From the NCBI RefSeq assembly GCF_963921235.1, contig NC_086108.1, positions 26,474,001 to 26,538,000 on the forward strand: DNA of 64,000 nt, written 5' to 3'. Positions 27,158 through 39,225 of this stretch are shown one piece after another (within the stretch, counting starts at the first letter, position 1; every line of letters begins with the position of its first letter). The translations under genes were made by a program, and so were the position numbers. The stretch comes from Mobula hypostoma. Its lineage: Eukaryota. Below the pieces are notes generated by a model. It was not told the DNA's origin. It saw only the letters and a list, made by a program, of their open reading frames with translations, and searched no databases.

Positions 27158-27332
27158 TACTGCTCTTTCAGGATCACTGATACAGATATAGTACTATCAT
27201 TGATCAAATATATTGAGTTCACATTTTCATAGTAATCTACTTCTTATATCATGCTGAGTTGCAAGTCCCTTAACAGAGTGTTAAGAGATAGCAAGCAATA
27301 TGGGCTTGATGTCATCCTATAAAAATGAGAAG

Positions 27333-27412
27333 CAGGGCTTCCCAAACTGGGGTCCATGGAAGTCTCGGTTAATGGTGGAGGTCCATGGCATAAAAAAGGT
27401 TGGGAACTCCTG
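27333..27412. mobile_element. 80-bp hAT-Charlie-like MITE
   Basis: Imperfect TIRs CAGGGCTTCCCAAACT / AGGTTGGGAACTCCTG; no clear 8-bp TSD. Confidence 0.6.
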
Positions 27413-27559
27413 CTACAGAAAGAGGGCTTTGTATTGATAGCAATAATTAGTCATTATATTTTATTGTAAGATTTATCTCAATTATCATAATGAAGATGCA
27501 TGGCATGCCTTACAGCTCTTCAGTATCTTCATCTTCTCTTCAAGGTCTTCAAGGATAGG

Positions 27560-27950
27560 TACAAAGTTCAAAGTAAGTTTATGATCAAAGTATATCAAAG
27601 TATATCATATACAGCATATACTACTGAGAGATTTATTTTCTTGTAGAAAAGAGGAATACAATAGAATGGATGAAAAACTACATACAAGACTGACAAACTG
27701 CAAAAGAAGCTAAACTGCAAATTAAAAATAAATAAATAAATAAATAAATCATGCCACAAACTTGAGTTGTACAGCCTTTGAAAGTGAGTCCATAGGTCTC
27801 ATAATTGTGGAATTAGTTCAGAGTTGAGGTGAGGTGAGTTAAGTTATCTACACTGGTTCAGGCACCTGATGCTTTCTTGTGACAGCACACCGTATAAATG
27901 TCCTCAATTGTAGGGAGGGCTTTGCTTGTGATGGACTGGACTGTTCCAAC
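27560..27950 (-). mobile_element. Rex1-type LINE 3' fragment
   Basis: CAAAGTTCAAAGTAAGTTTATG tail; similar to 9271-9900. Confidence 0.65.
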
Positions 27951-28097
27951 ATTTCGAGTCAAAATCCCAGATCAGCACTGAGGAGTGACCTGACGTGTTG
28001 TGTCCTTACCAAGGAGAAAAAAAAGATTCTGACTATTAAGTTATCTTAGCTTCTCATAATTGTATATACCTCTGTCTGGTCATCCATCAGTCCTGAT

Positions 28098-28560
28098 AAC
28101 ACACATCAAAGTTGCTGGTGAATGCAGCAGGCCAGGCAGCATCTCTAGGAAGAGGTACAGTCGACGTTTCAGGCCGAGGCCCTTCGTCAGTACTAACTGA
28201 AAGAAGAGCTAATAAGAGAATTGAAAGTGGGAGGGGGAGGGGGAGGGGGAGATCCAAAATGATAGGAGAAGACAGGAGGGGGAGGGATGGAGCCAAGAGC
28301 TGGACAGGTGATTGGCAAAAGGGATATGAGAGGATCATGGGACAGGAGGCCTAGGGAGAAAGAAAAGGGGAAGGGAGGAAACCCAGAGGATGAGCAAGGG
28401 GTATAGTGAGAGGGACAGAGGGAGAAAAAGGAGAGAGAGAAAAAGAATGTGTATATATAAATAAATAACGGATGGGGTACGAGGGGTACGAGGGGGAGGT
28501 GGGGCATTAGCGGAAGTTTGAGAAGTCAATGTTCATGCCATCAGGTTGGAGGCTACCCAT
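28098..28560 (-). mobile_element. Young Penelope 3' fragment (EN C-terminus + 3' UTR + hammerhead tail)
   Basis: Minus strand encodes GSLQPDGMNIDFSNFR*, then a pyrimidine-rich UTR and a hammerhead at 28159-28194 with a helix I mismatch. Confidence 0.9.
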
Positions 28561-28849
28561 ACAAGGTTTCAACTCAAAACATCAGCATTTTTTTCCTCCC
28601 ACAGATGCTGCTTGATCTGATGAGTTTCTCTAGCTCTGTTGCTTCACATTCCAGCATCTATAGTCTCTTGTGGAACTAAATTGCAGGATGCCTGGAATGT
28701 GATGCAGGATCTGCTCTTCACTGAGATGAAGAAGAGCGAGTGGAACATCTGCTGCGCTGCTCTTTATCAGCTCACTAGAATTTAGGAATACAATTTTTTT
28801 TTGAAACAACACGTTTATTTATTTATTTATTGGTAGATTTATTGATTGA

Positions 28850-29110
28850 ATAATTTATTAATTTATTGAGATCCAGCAAAGAACAGACCTTTTCAGGTCT
28901 TCAAGTCACACCATCCAGCAAACCCCCCAAATTAACCCTAGCCTACTCACGGGAGAACTTACAATGAACAATTAACCTACACACGGAAGAATTTACAATG
29001 AACAATTAACCTACCAACCGGTAAGTCCGTGGGAGGAAACCAGAGCATCCAGAGTAAAATCATGCAATGATGGGGAGAACGTACAAACTCCTTACAGGCA
29101 GTTTCAAGAA
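28850..29110 (-). mobile_element. HE1/V-SINE-like SINE
   Basis: GTGGGAGGAAACCAGAGCATCCAG V-domain on the reverse strand; internal tandem duplication of about 34 bp at 28948-29014. Confidence 0.7.
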
Positions 29111-29116
29111 TTAAAT

Positions 29117-29345
29117 GGGGGCTGCAAAGAAAGAGCCATTAGGAACATCACAGAGGCTGCAGAACAAGCCTTCAGTTGGCTATGGATCAAGGGGTGTGAT
29201 CCCTGGTCCAGTGCTGCTGGGACACAAACTAGGGCCTGATCAACCCTGGCTGGCTCACCTGGGTGAGGGTGTTTGATGTTGAAAGACCCTAAACACTCAA
29301 AGACCTCCAGGTTACATCGCTAATGATGTGTCCTCGGATGTATCT
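29117..29345 (+). mobile_element. Hero-type (RLE) non-LTR retrotransposon 3' end
   Basis: 29132-29239 reads RAIRNITEAAEQAFSWLWIKGCDPWSSAAGTQTRA*, the EAAE.AS.WLW C-terminal motif of Hero elements, followed by a 3' UTR. Confidence 0.7.
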
Positions 29346-31779
29346 CAACATCATGCTGTGCTTCCAAAATGCATCCAAGAGAGTGAGGATGTAGCAGTGG
29401 GCAATATTAGCGCTCTCAATATCGACACTGATGTGTCATGAAGAGTAGGATTCAAACAAGGACACAATAGGTAGGGAATGAGTAAGAGATAGCATATTCA
29501 TAAACTTCAGAAAATAAAATAGAATTGGAGAAGGTCTACTTATTTTGAAGGGAAGAACACAGTAACTGAAAAGATGAGACAATTGACAATAGACTGAGAT
29601 AGCCAACGTAAGAAGTACTTTACACAAATAAAACAATCAAAATGGAAAACATGAGGCAGGCATCTCAAATGCAAATGATAAATATGCAAAAGTAAAATGT
29701 GTCTTAAGGAGAGAATTTCAGGCTTTCCCCCAAACTCCAAAATGTCACAAGGGCTAGGTTAGTTGAAGCACCTATTTCAATTACTATGGTGAATCCCCTT
29801 GAGTGTGAATGACTATTTTAATGTGTTAAGAGAGTGAAATGGGACTATCTGGAGAAAGTAAAGAAGGAAAATAGTGCCTGGATGACTGAACACTAGGATC
29901 TCAAGAAAGATGGCAGGAATATAATAACTGAACAAATGTCTAGCAATAATTGAATGACAAATGGAACTCACTGCTGTGAATCTCTTGCACTTCTTTTTGT
30001 ATGAATCAGAGATACTGTTATATAGTTATATCTGACAGGGAATATTTTCAAGTTGACTAATGATAGTGGAAAAAGTCAGTGTGAGTTGAAAGTGGAAAGT
30101 GAATAATTTCTGAGCAGACATCATAGAGTAGAAAAAGATGATAAAGTACCTCCTGGAATTGGGAGAAACTTCTCTTTAGGTTAATCTTTGCTAATCTTTG
30201 TCAGGGGCAAAATATGGCAACTCTTTCAATTCTGCATTTGTCCACTGAATGGAGTATTCATTTGTACTTCTAATAAGTTTGTTTAAATCTCCCTACATCC
30301 TACTTTACTCAGAAATATTTTTGTTCAAGTTCTGAATTATTTGTGGGATATTATTAAATGATGATATTGAAATCTAGGAAACTCTACTTTAGGAGTATTC
30401 CTTAAATAAGGACTCTTCAGTGTAACAAACGTTTCAAAAATTAAGTTACCTTTCTCTATATTTCCAAGGACGATCTGGACCAGCCATTAGACACATAGCA
30501 AAGTTCAATATTTCCTTTCTCTCTCCTTCAGATCCACCCAGGTCCACTTGGACATCTTCATCATCTCACTTCCTTCCTCCCAGCCCTTTCATTCCCCTCT
30601 CTCACTAGGCTCCATCTGCCATTAGCCCCTTTTCACCTGCCTCTGTCAATTGATTGCCAGCTCTGGTTTCTCCTCTTTGTCATGGTCATCTCCTCTTTAT
30701 GTTCTCAGTCCCAAAACAGAGTCCGGACCTGAAATGTAGACCCCATCTTTGCTTCCACAGGTGCTGCCTGACTCCTTCAACAGTTCACTCCAGTATCTGC
30801 ACTCTCTTGCGTTTCTGCAACATCCATTCTCCCCTTTCTCCCAAAGGTGGATTACTCAAACATAAAACAAATTCTCAAGTTGTACAGAACGATTAAGCAT
30901 GCCTCCCAAACCCATAATTACAATAACTTTCATATCTGCCTGCTAAAGCTCAGCTATTCAGAGGCTGCTTGTTATCTGTAAGTTTATCTTGCTCTATAAT
31001 AATTTATTGGGTTAAGGGCATGAACTCATTTAATGGATTTATTCATGGGCCATTTCAAAAGAGGTTTCAGTCGTGACCATACAGCCTTTTGCAGCATGTT
31101 GCCAATTTAATATTTTATTAATGTAATATAACAACCCTTTTGCACAGCACTCAGTACTCTCTGCTCCGCTTGACAGTAGAAGGAAAGCAATCGCAAGCTT
31201 TGCATCACCGGGCTAAGTGCAGTAGAATGCACAGTGGGTTGGTGTTGAGTCCATGCTTAGCATCTCATTATTTCTGTGAACTTGTGTGATGATTGTTGCA
31301 TGCATTTTCCTTTGTCTACAAGCTGCAGTAAAAATCCATCTGTTCATACTGAGACCCTTGGGGATGCTTTTTATTACTCTGGCACACTTATTATGTAAAA
31401 TACTGTGTCTTCTTCCATTCAGTTAGTGCCATAAGAAGTGCACTATTATCTTCAACTACTCACCGTCCGGTCAAAATCAGTAATGGGAAGTGGAAACCGT
31501 CCATTGCAGATCCTGTACCTCGGACAGTTTCTCTTCTTGTGTTTATTCCTCAAAGCCCCCTTTATTTTTGAGGACGTTTTCATGTGATGAGTGGAAGAAA
31601 CAGCAATCGAATGGTTTGAGTGGAAATGCTCAGTCAAAAGTATTGAAGAATGAAATGTGGAGAGGAATAGGCTGAAATATTTTTGTCAGTAAGAAAGCTA
31701 GTGATCGGTTCGTAAGAACCACAAATTGCATACTAACCAGTCTTAGAGATGGCTCAAATGTGAAGATGTCTCCTACGGT

Positions 31780-32100
31780 GGAGAGCTCCATCATGGAAAC
31801 AGGACTTCTAGCTCATTAAGTCTATGGTTACTATCAACTACCAACATTAATTTAATTTTCAATCTCCCTACATTCCAATAAATCCCAAATTCTCCCAATT
31901 ACCCATACACGATGAACAATTTGCAGAAGCTAATTAACCTATCAATTTACCCATCTTTGGGTGGTGGTGAACATTAGAGCACCCAGACGAAGTCCACATG
32001 GTTATAGGGAAATTCTGTACAGACAGGACTTAAGGTGAGGATAAACCCCAAATACCTGGAGCCGTGAGCCAGTGCCTGTAATGGTTGTGCCACTGTTACC
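31780..32100 (-). mobile_element. Decayed HE1/V-SINE-like SINE
   Basis: CATGGAAACAGGACTTC tail and AGAGCACCCAGACGAAGTCCACATGG V-domain relic. Confidence 0.55.
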
Positions 32101-32874
32101 ATGGTTTACACAGTGTGTTTGGACTTTATGGATTTATTTAAGTTGGACAAGGATTGTTTTTGAGACAGGATGTCTGCCACGTAATCTGCTCAAGTTACAA
32201 TCTCTTGTTGTTTGCCTCCACCCAGTTTTCAAGTGGTTATGAAGCTGAGATGAATTTTGGTTTAATTAGAGAGAAGTTAAAATGTTTTAATTGCAATGAA
32301 GTGCATAATTTCTCAATGGTTTTGATCAGCCACACCAGTTAGTGGTACTTTTCTCTTGTGATGTGGTGAGGTACACCTCTGAGGTACGCTTTGCTTGCAA
32401 AAGCTCATTTCTAAGTATGTACCTAACAATTATCTCACTGTAACCAAGTCTTTACTGTACTTAGAAGTAATTTTGCACCGTGCAATCAAAGGCTGTTAAG
32501 AACTGTGAATGTTGCCAGACAGACTAAACCTTTTGCTAAGGCATTTTTACATAGCACTGCATTTTACACTGAAATGTAGGGAAGAATATTTAAGTAAATA
32601 GTTAATAATGCATTTCCTTTCAATTGGGAGAACATTGTCAATCCTATTATGGGTGAAACTATGTTCCTAATTTAATCTGCTTTTCTCTGTCTTAATATGG
32701 AAACCTCCATGTCACTCAAGCCAGACTTCTTTCTGTAGAACACTGCATGACTCAACCAACCTCTACCACAAATCTATTTGACACAATACTTGCGATCAAT
32801 CCTCAAAGTAGAAACAATATGACAAAAAGGCAGTGGTGGGGATTAAGGGTAACCATTTCTTGCTGGATTCAAAT

Positions 32875-33715
32875 ATATAAGTTTAAAGATCTAAGTAAAT
32901 TTATTATCAAAGTATGTATATCACATACAACCTTGAGATTCATCTTCTTGCAGGCAGCCACAAAACAAACACAAGAGAATCCACAAGAAAACCCATGTAA
33001 CAAAGACTGACAAATATCCAATGTGCGAAAAAGAACAAGTTGTGCAAACAAGAATAAAAAGTAAACAAATAACACATACAACACGAACCGCAGAATCCAC
33101 GGAGCCAATTGAGCATGCCTGAAGGCTACAGGCCACAGCTGCGGAGTCCATTCAACGCTGAGGCGAGTGAAACCGGACCAAGAGCCCAACGGCTGCAGGG
33201 CAACAATTACTTCTGATCCTGGTGTCATGGACCCAAGACTCCTGCAACACCCATCCAGTAGTAGTCGTGAGAAGAGAAGGGTATGGGTCAAACCCAGGCA
33301 GATGGAACAGACTCAGATGGGGAATCTTGGTTTGACACAGAGAAGTGAGCTGAACACCATTTTGACCTTTGCCCTTGGCCTCAACACCATAAGTTTTTAA
33401 TCAGGCTTACTGCTTAAACTGGCTAAACATTGATTTGTTTTTTTCTGTTAGGCCTCAATGCTTCAATCCGTCCTGAAGACTGCAGCAGCTATGGCCACTG
33501 TGACAATGGCTGTGCCTGTATTCACAACAGTCCAGTTTGCCGAATCCCTCAGCATACTGCAAAAATGCCAGATCATTCAGACAGTTCAAAAGCACACCTC
33601 CCAAAGAGAAATTACAGACTGTGGATTGTAGTGATCGTAGTCCAGAAGAAGTATTGTTTTGTGAACTGTCCGAGAATCGTCGCTGTATATCACCAGTGCC
33701 ACTTCAGACATAAAG
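32875..33715 (-). mobile_element. Non-coding retroposon with a Rex1-like 3' tail
   Basis: AGTAAATTTATTATCAAAGTATGTAT...CCTTGAGATTCATCTTCTTGCAGGC tail is shared with the Rex1 3' UTRs; non-coding body. Confidence 0.55.
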
Positions 33716-34599
33716 TTAAAGGTTCGAGATGAGCCTTATCAGAGTGACTCACATAAGTTGATGAAAATCTGGATCTCTTCAAAGCCTGAATGCACTCAAG
33801 AACTCTATTTTCCAGCTTTGTGAAAGTATGGATTCTTTGCCTGGGTTCCAACTACTAAAGAATGCATGCACAAAATTCTGACAGGATAGAAGATTGTTTT
33901 CATGCCTTGGCTGGGATGTTGGGAACCAATGACATACTCTCAAGATAATGGGTAAGGCATTTCAGACTGAGATAAGGAAAAATGTCTTCACTACAGCAGC
34001 AAATTTATGGAATTATTTACCTGAGGAGGTTGCATAGATCAGGTTGATGAATATATGAGAAAGAAGTAGGTTCACTTTTAGGCACAAGAAGCATCAACAG
34101 TTCATGGAGTCACAGATGAATACCACATGGAAGCAAGCCCTTCAGCACAACTCACCCATGCAGACTGATGCCCATTGAGGCTAGCCCCATTTGCCCTTTG
34201 TTTCACCTGTATCCCTCTAAACCTTTCTTATCCACGTAAGGGGGAAGAATGGGAACATGGTTTTGAGATAGGAAGTCAGCCAGGATAGGATGCAGAGGAC
34301 AGCTGAAGCCTGTCCATGCTCCTATTTTTCTCTGTTTCTATGAAGGGGGTTGGGGGTCACAAGGCAGCCATGATATAGCTGAATGACTGAACAGGATTGA
34401 CTCATCCCATTCCCATGTTCTTGGATTAAACTAGGGAGTGTTCTGTAAATTCACATAGATGGTGAGCCATTGACTTCAAATTCATGGGACAGACTTTGAC
34501 ACCAGCATCAGCAATGAATCATTGGCAAAAGGTGAAAAGCAATGCATCACCAAATTGCTGTCAATTAATTCTAAATGAGCAAACAACTTTGACCATGAA

Positions 34600-36180
34600 A
34601 AGTGTTAGAGAGGGATGTCAGCAAGACCAAGCAGCTGATTATTGACTACAAGAGGAGGAAACCAGAGTTCCATGAGCCAGTCCTCATGGGGGAACAGAGA
34701 TGGAGAGAGGGTAAACAGCTTTAAAATACTTGGTGTTATCATGTCAGAGGATTTGTCCTGGGCCCAAGCACATTAAATGCCACTACAAAGAAAGCACAAC
34801 AATGCATTTACTTCCTTAGAGGTTTGAGAAGATTTGGCATGACATCTAAGAGTTTGACAAACTTCTATGGATGTGTGGTGTGATTAACTGGTTGCATCAC
34901 AGCCTGGTGTGAAAAGACCAATGCCTTTAAATGGAAAATCCTGCAAAAGGTAACGGCTACAGTCAAGTCCATCACTGGTAAAGCCGTCCCCACCACTGAG
35001 CAATTCTACAGGGAGCACTTTTGCAAGAAAGTAGCAGCCATTATCAAGGACCCCTACCACCAGGCAATGCTCCCCTCTCATCGCTTACATCAGGAAGAAG
35101 GTAGAGAAGCTTCAGGACTCAGACTGCCAGGTTCAGGAAAAGCTATTATGCCTCAACCATCAGGGCCGTGATCCAGAGGGGGGAATTTTACTCATTTTCA
35201 CTTTCTCCATCTATGAACTGGTCCCACAACATATGGACTCACTTTTAAGGACCCTTCATCTCATGTTCTCAATATTTATTATGTATTTATTTATTTTTTC
35301 TCTCTTTCATATTTGCAGTTTGTTCCCATTTGCACATTGGTTCTTTGTTCATCCTGTTGGGTGCGGTCTTTCATTAATCTATCCTGTTTCTTGGATTTAG
35401 ATTAGATTAGATTAGATTACGAGGACACTCAGTCCTCATTTATTGTCATTTAGAAATGCAGGCATGCATTAAGAAATGATACAATGTTCCTCCAGAGTGA
35501 TATCACAAAAAAAACTAGACAAACCGAAGACTAACACTGACAAGACGAGATAATTATAACATATAGTTACAGCAGTGCAAAGCAATACCATAATTTAATA
35601 AAAAGCAGACCATGGGAACGGTTAAAAAAAAGTCTCAAAGTTCCAATTGACTCCTGATAGTCCCTGATAACAGGCAGCAGAAGGGAGAAACTCTCTCTGC
35701 CATAAATCTCCAGGCACTGACAACTGTCGATGCATTGGAAGCACCCGACCACAGCCTTCTCTGAATCCATCCGAAAACTTTGAGCCTCCGACCAGCCCTT
35801 CAACACCAAACACCGAGCACCATCTCTGCCGAGCGCTTCGACCCCATCCCGGCCGCCGAGCAACAAGCAAAGCCGAGGATGCGAGGCCTTCCCCTCCGGA
35901 GATTCTGGATCACACAGTAACAGCGGCAGCGAAAAAGGCATTTCAGAAGTTTCTCCAGATGTTCCTCCGTTCTCTCACGTCTGTCTCCATAGATCAGGAT
36001 TGTACATGGCACCCTACTTGACAGATTACAGATATCATTCACCGGAGGGGCAGAGCAAGCTGCGTCACGCCGCCACCTTTTCCTCCTCCCCTAAATGCCT
36101 GTAAGAAAACTAATCTCAGGTTGTAAATGGTTACATATACAGTATGTAATTTGATAATAAATTTACTTTGTACTTTGTGT
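34600..36180 (+). mobile_element. Rex1-type LINE 3' fragment split by the bipartite retroposon copy 2
   Basis: Decayed KTKQLIIDY..LTGCITAW..AAIIKDPYH; the UTR resumes at about 36093 and ends in TTTACTTTGTACTTTG. Confidence 0.75.
35397..36088 (-). mobile_element. Non-coding bipartite retroposon, copy 2 (apparently full length)
   Basis: Homologous to 12636-13299; 5' end GGAGGAGGAAAAGGTGGCGGCG; (CTAAT)n tail. Confidence 0.75.
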
Positions 36181-36545
36181 TCCAGGACTGAGTGAAGAGT
36201 CTGCTTTTGACTTGCTGTGACAATAGGTAAATTACACCAGATTCAGGTCACTCCTCAGGAAGGAACTGATATGGTTCATGAGTAACCTCTCAAAGCATTT
36301 CATCATAAAGGATATAAGTGCTATTGTACAACAGTCACAGTTGCAGGTTGCATGTTCTTTCTTGAGAACTGGTATGACTAATGCTTGTTTGAAGTAGGTG
36401 GGTACCTCAGACTACCAAAGCGAGAGGCTAAGGATGTCAGTAAACACTCCAGCTAGTTGATTAGCACAAGTCTCCAGTACTTAGCCAGGTACACCATCTG
36501 AACCAAATGCTTTCTGTGGGTTCACCCTCCTTCAGGATTATCTCA

Positions 36546-37441
36546 TAGAAACCATAGAAACCATAGAAAAACTACAGTACAGAAATAGGCCTTTTGGCCC
36601 CTCTTGACTGTGCCGAACCATTTTCTGCCTCGTCCCACTGGCCTGCACATGGACCATATCCCTGCATACACCTCCCATCCATGTATCTATCCAATTTATT
36701 CTTAAATGTTAAAAAAGAACCCGCATTTACCATCTCGTCTGGCAGCTCATTCCATACTCCCACCACTCTCTGTGTGAAGAAGACCCCCTAATGTTCCCTT
36801 TAAACTTTTCCCCCTTCACCCTTAACCCATGTCCTCTGGTTTTTTTCTCCCCTTGCCTCAGTGGAAAAAGCCTGCTTGCATTCACTCTATCTATACCCAT
36901 CATAATTTTATATACCTCTAACAAACCTCCCCTCATTCTTCTATGCTCCAGGAAATAAAGTCCTAACCTATTCAACCTTTCTCTATAACTGAGTTTCTCA
37001 AGTCCCGGCACATCCTTGTAAACCTTCTCTGCACTCTTTCAACCTTATTTATATCCTTCCTGTAATTTGGTGACCAAAACTGAACACAATACTCCAGATT
37101 CGGCCTCACCAATGCCTTATACAACCTCATCATAACATTCCAGCTTTTATACTCAATACTTCGATTAATAAAGGCCAATGTACCAAAAGCTCTCTTTATG
37201 ACCCTATCTACCTGTGACACCACTTTTAGGGAATTTTGTATCTGTATTCCCAGATCCCTCTGTTCTACTGCACTCCTCAGTGCCTTACCATTAACCCTGT
37301 ATGTTCTACCTTGGTTTGTCCTTCCAACGTGCAATACCTCACACTTGTCTATATTAAACTCCATCTGCCATTTTTCAGCCCATTTTTCCAGCTGGTCCAA
37401 GTCCCTCTGCAGGCTCTGAAAACCTTCCACACTGTCTACTT
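36546..37441 (-). mobile_element. Young 5'-truncated CR1 LINE
   Basis: ORFs 36972..37430 (LQRDLDQLEKWAEKWQMEFN..LEYCVQFWSP) and 36727..37011 (TRGHGLRV); (TCTATGGTT)n tail at 36546-36568. Confidence 0.92.
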
Positions 37442-37453
37442 TCTCACATTGAC

Positions 37454-37627
37454 AAACAAAAGAAAATCTGCAGATGCTGGAAATGCAAACAGCACACTCA
37501 CTGGAAAAAAGTACTCAGCTTTTTCTCTCCAGTCCTGCCGAAGGGTTTTGGCCCAAAACGTCGACTGTGCCTTTTTCCATAGATGCCGCCTGGCCTGCTG
37601 AGTTCCTACAGCATTTTGTGTGTGTTG
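37454..37627. mobile_element. Older Penelope-tail mini-element (inverted tail piece + degenerate hammerhead tail)
   Basis: AGTCCTGCCGAAGGGTTTTGGCCCAAAACGTCGACT at 37531-37566; TSD TCTCACA(T/A)TGAC at 37442-37453 / 37628-37639. Confidence 0.8.
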
Positions 37628-39009
37628 TCTCACAATGACCTCAGAGACTGAAATCATGGAGTTGTCAGGGGCTGTGGGAGTTCATGAAGGTGCTGCCATA
37701 GTGAGCATAAAAGGCACTGAGCTCATCTGGGAGCATAATCTTATTTCCATGTTGTGTGGTTTTGCTTTGTAGAAGGTGATATAATTCAACCTTGCCACAG
37801 CCTTTGACAATTTCTCTATGATTCAAATTTAGTTCAGAATTGCCACTTTCCAAATAAAATTACCATCTGAAGGTCATACCTGGACCTCTTGTACTTTTGC
37901 AGATCACCAGTCCTAAGTTCCACTCATCCAGCTCTTCTGATTGGGGTGGACCAAATGATTTTGTGGGGACATACTTGTCCATGTGTGAATTACAAATTAC
38001 AAATGAGGCATTTCCCTTTGATACAGCAATTTCCCTCCAATATAGGAAGGTTGTAACTCTAAGGACCGTTAGATGATTGGTATGTAATATGAATTGATCT
38101 CCAATTTGTTGATTATGCATTTCTATCCAGCATTTCCATAACAAAGCTTAAGATTCAAAGCCACGTGGAATATTATGGAGGATCAAATACCCAAACGGTC
38201 TACCTGTAATTTATTAGTCAGGTTACAGTTGGGGTGAGGGGTGGGGGGTGGAACTGAGTGATTCAGACCATAATCATTATCATTTGCAATGTTTTTTCAC
38301 AGGACCACTTTCCAATTTAAGAAAGGAATCTAAGAAATAAATTGCAAATTTTATCTTTCATCTTCTCTACATGATGAAATCCATTAAATATTGCATGAAA
38401 ATATCTTTGATAATTACTTTGAATTCCCTGTTTTCCATTGCCTAGCAATCTGACCATGTCTATTGGAATCCATGTTGAATTGAAAACCAGTGCCTTGGTA
38501 TCGATCATACCTGTGTTTCCCTGTGGTGCTAAAATGAGCGTTGACATCACTCTGCAGGGAATGCTGTTTTCTATTTCTCACACTTCCAGCACAGACCCCT
38601 CCCAATTCACTTCTAATTATAGTTGTTATTTGTTTTCTATTTCAGAGCCGTCAACCCCATTTCAAGCTCATCCTTCTTTTATATTGACATTGCCAGCTCC
38701 ATTCTCCTCTACAAACATTTTCTTGTCTGTTATAAAGGTTTCCATCTCTATACAGAATTAAAGTGACGTTCTTCTCCTTCAACGAGCAACTCCATTCTCA
38801 TCTTTCTTATTTGTAGGCAGACTCATGCTCTTCTCTTTGAGACCTTATCAGCTTCAATCTTATTGTAGATTGCAGATTTAATACAACTGTAGATTTATAA
38901 ATTCCATAACGCCACACAAAAAATAAAAATTACCTGCTAACACTGAAGCTGCAGAACCATTCTGATCTCAAACGTATTGTGTGCTCTGTTTTATCATATG
39001 ATTAAAATC

Positions 39010-39225
39010 TGCTGCTATCTGTAAGGAACTTGTCCATTTTCATTCAGACCCCGTGGGTTTCCTCTGGGAGCTCCGGTTTCCTCTCACAGTCCAAATACAT
39101 GCCTGTTGGTAGGTTAATTAGTTGTTGTATATTGTCCAGTGATTAGGCTAGGGTTAAATCAGAGGTAGCTAGACGACAGGGCTCAAAGGGCTGGAAAGGC
39201 CCATTCTCTTATAAATAAACAAGTA
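39010..39225 (+). mobile_element. HE1/V-SINE-like SINE (5'-truncated)
   Basis: GTGGGTTTCCTCTGGGAGCTCCGGTTTCCTCTCACAGTCCAAA V-domain and GGGCTGGAAAGGCCC tail. Confidence 0.75.

Larger units (their letters stand above)
36240..37800 (-). mobile_element. Old Rex1 fragment hosting a CR1 and a Penelope mini-element
   Basis: Pre-RT motifs (LPDELSAFYA at about 37700-37735; RVNP.KA.G.DGVPG at about 36485-36530) lie on either side of the inserts. Confidence 0.65.
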
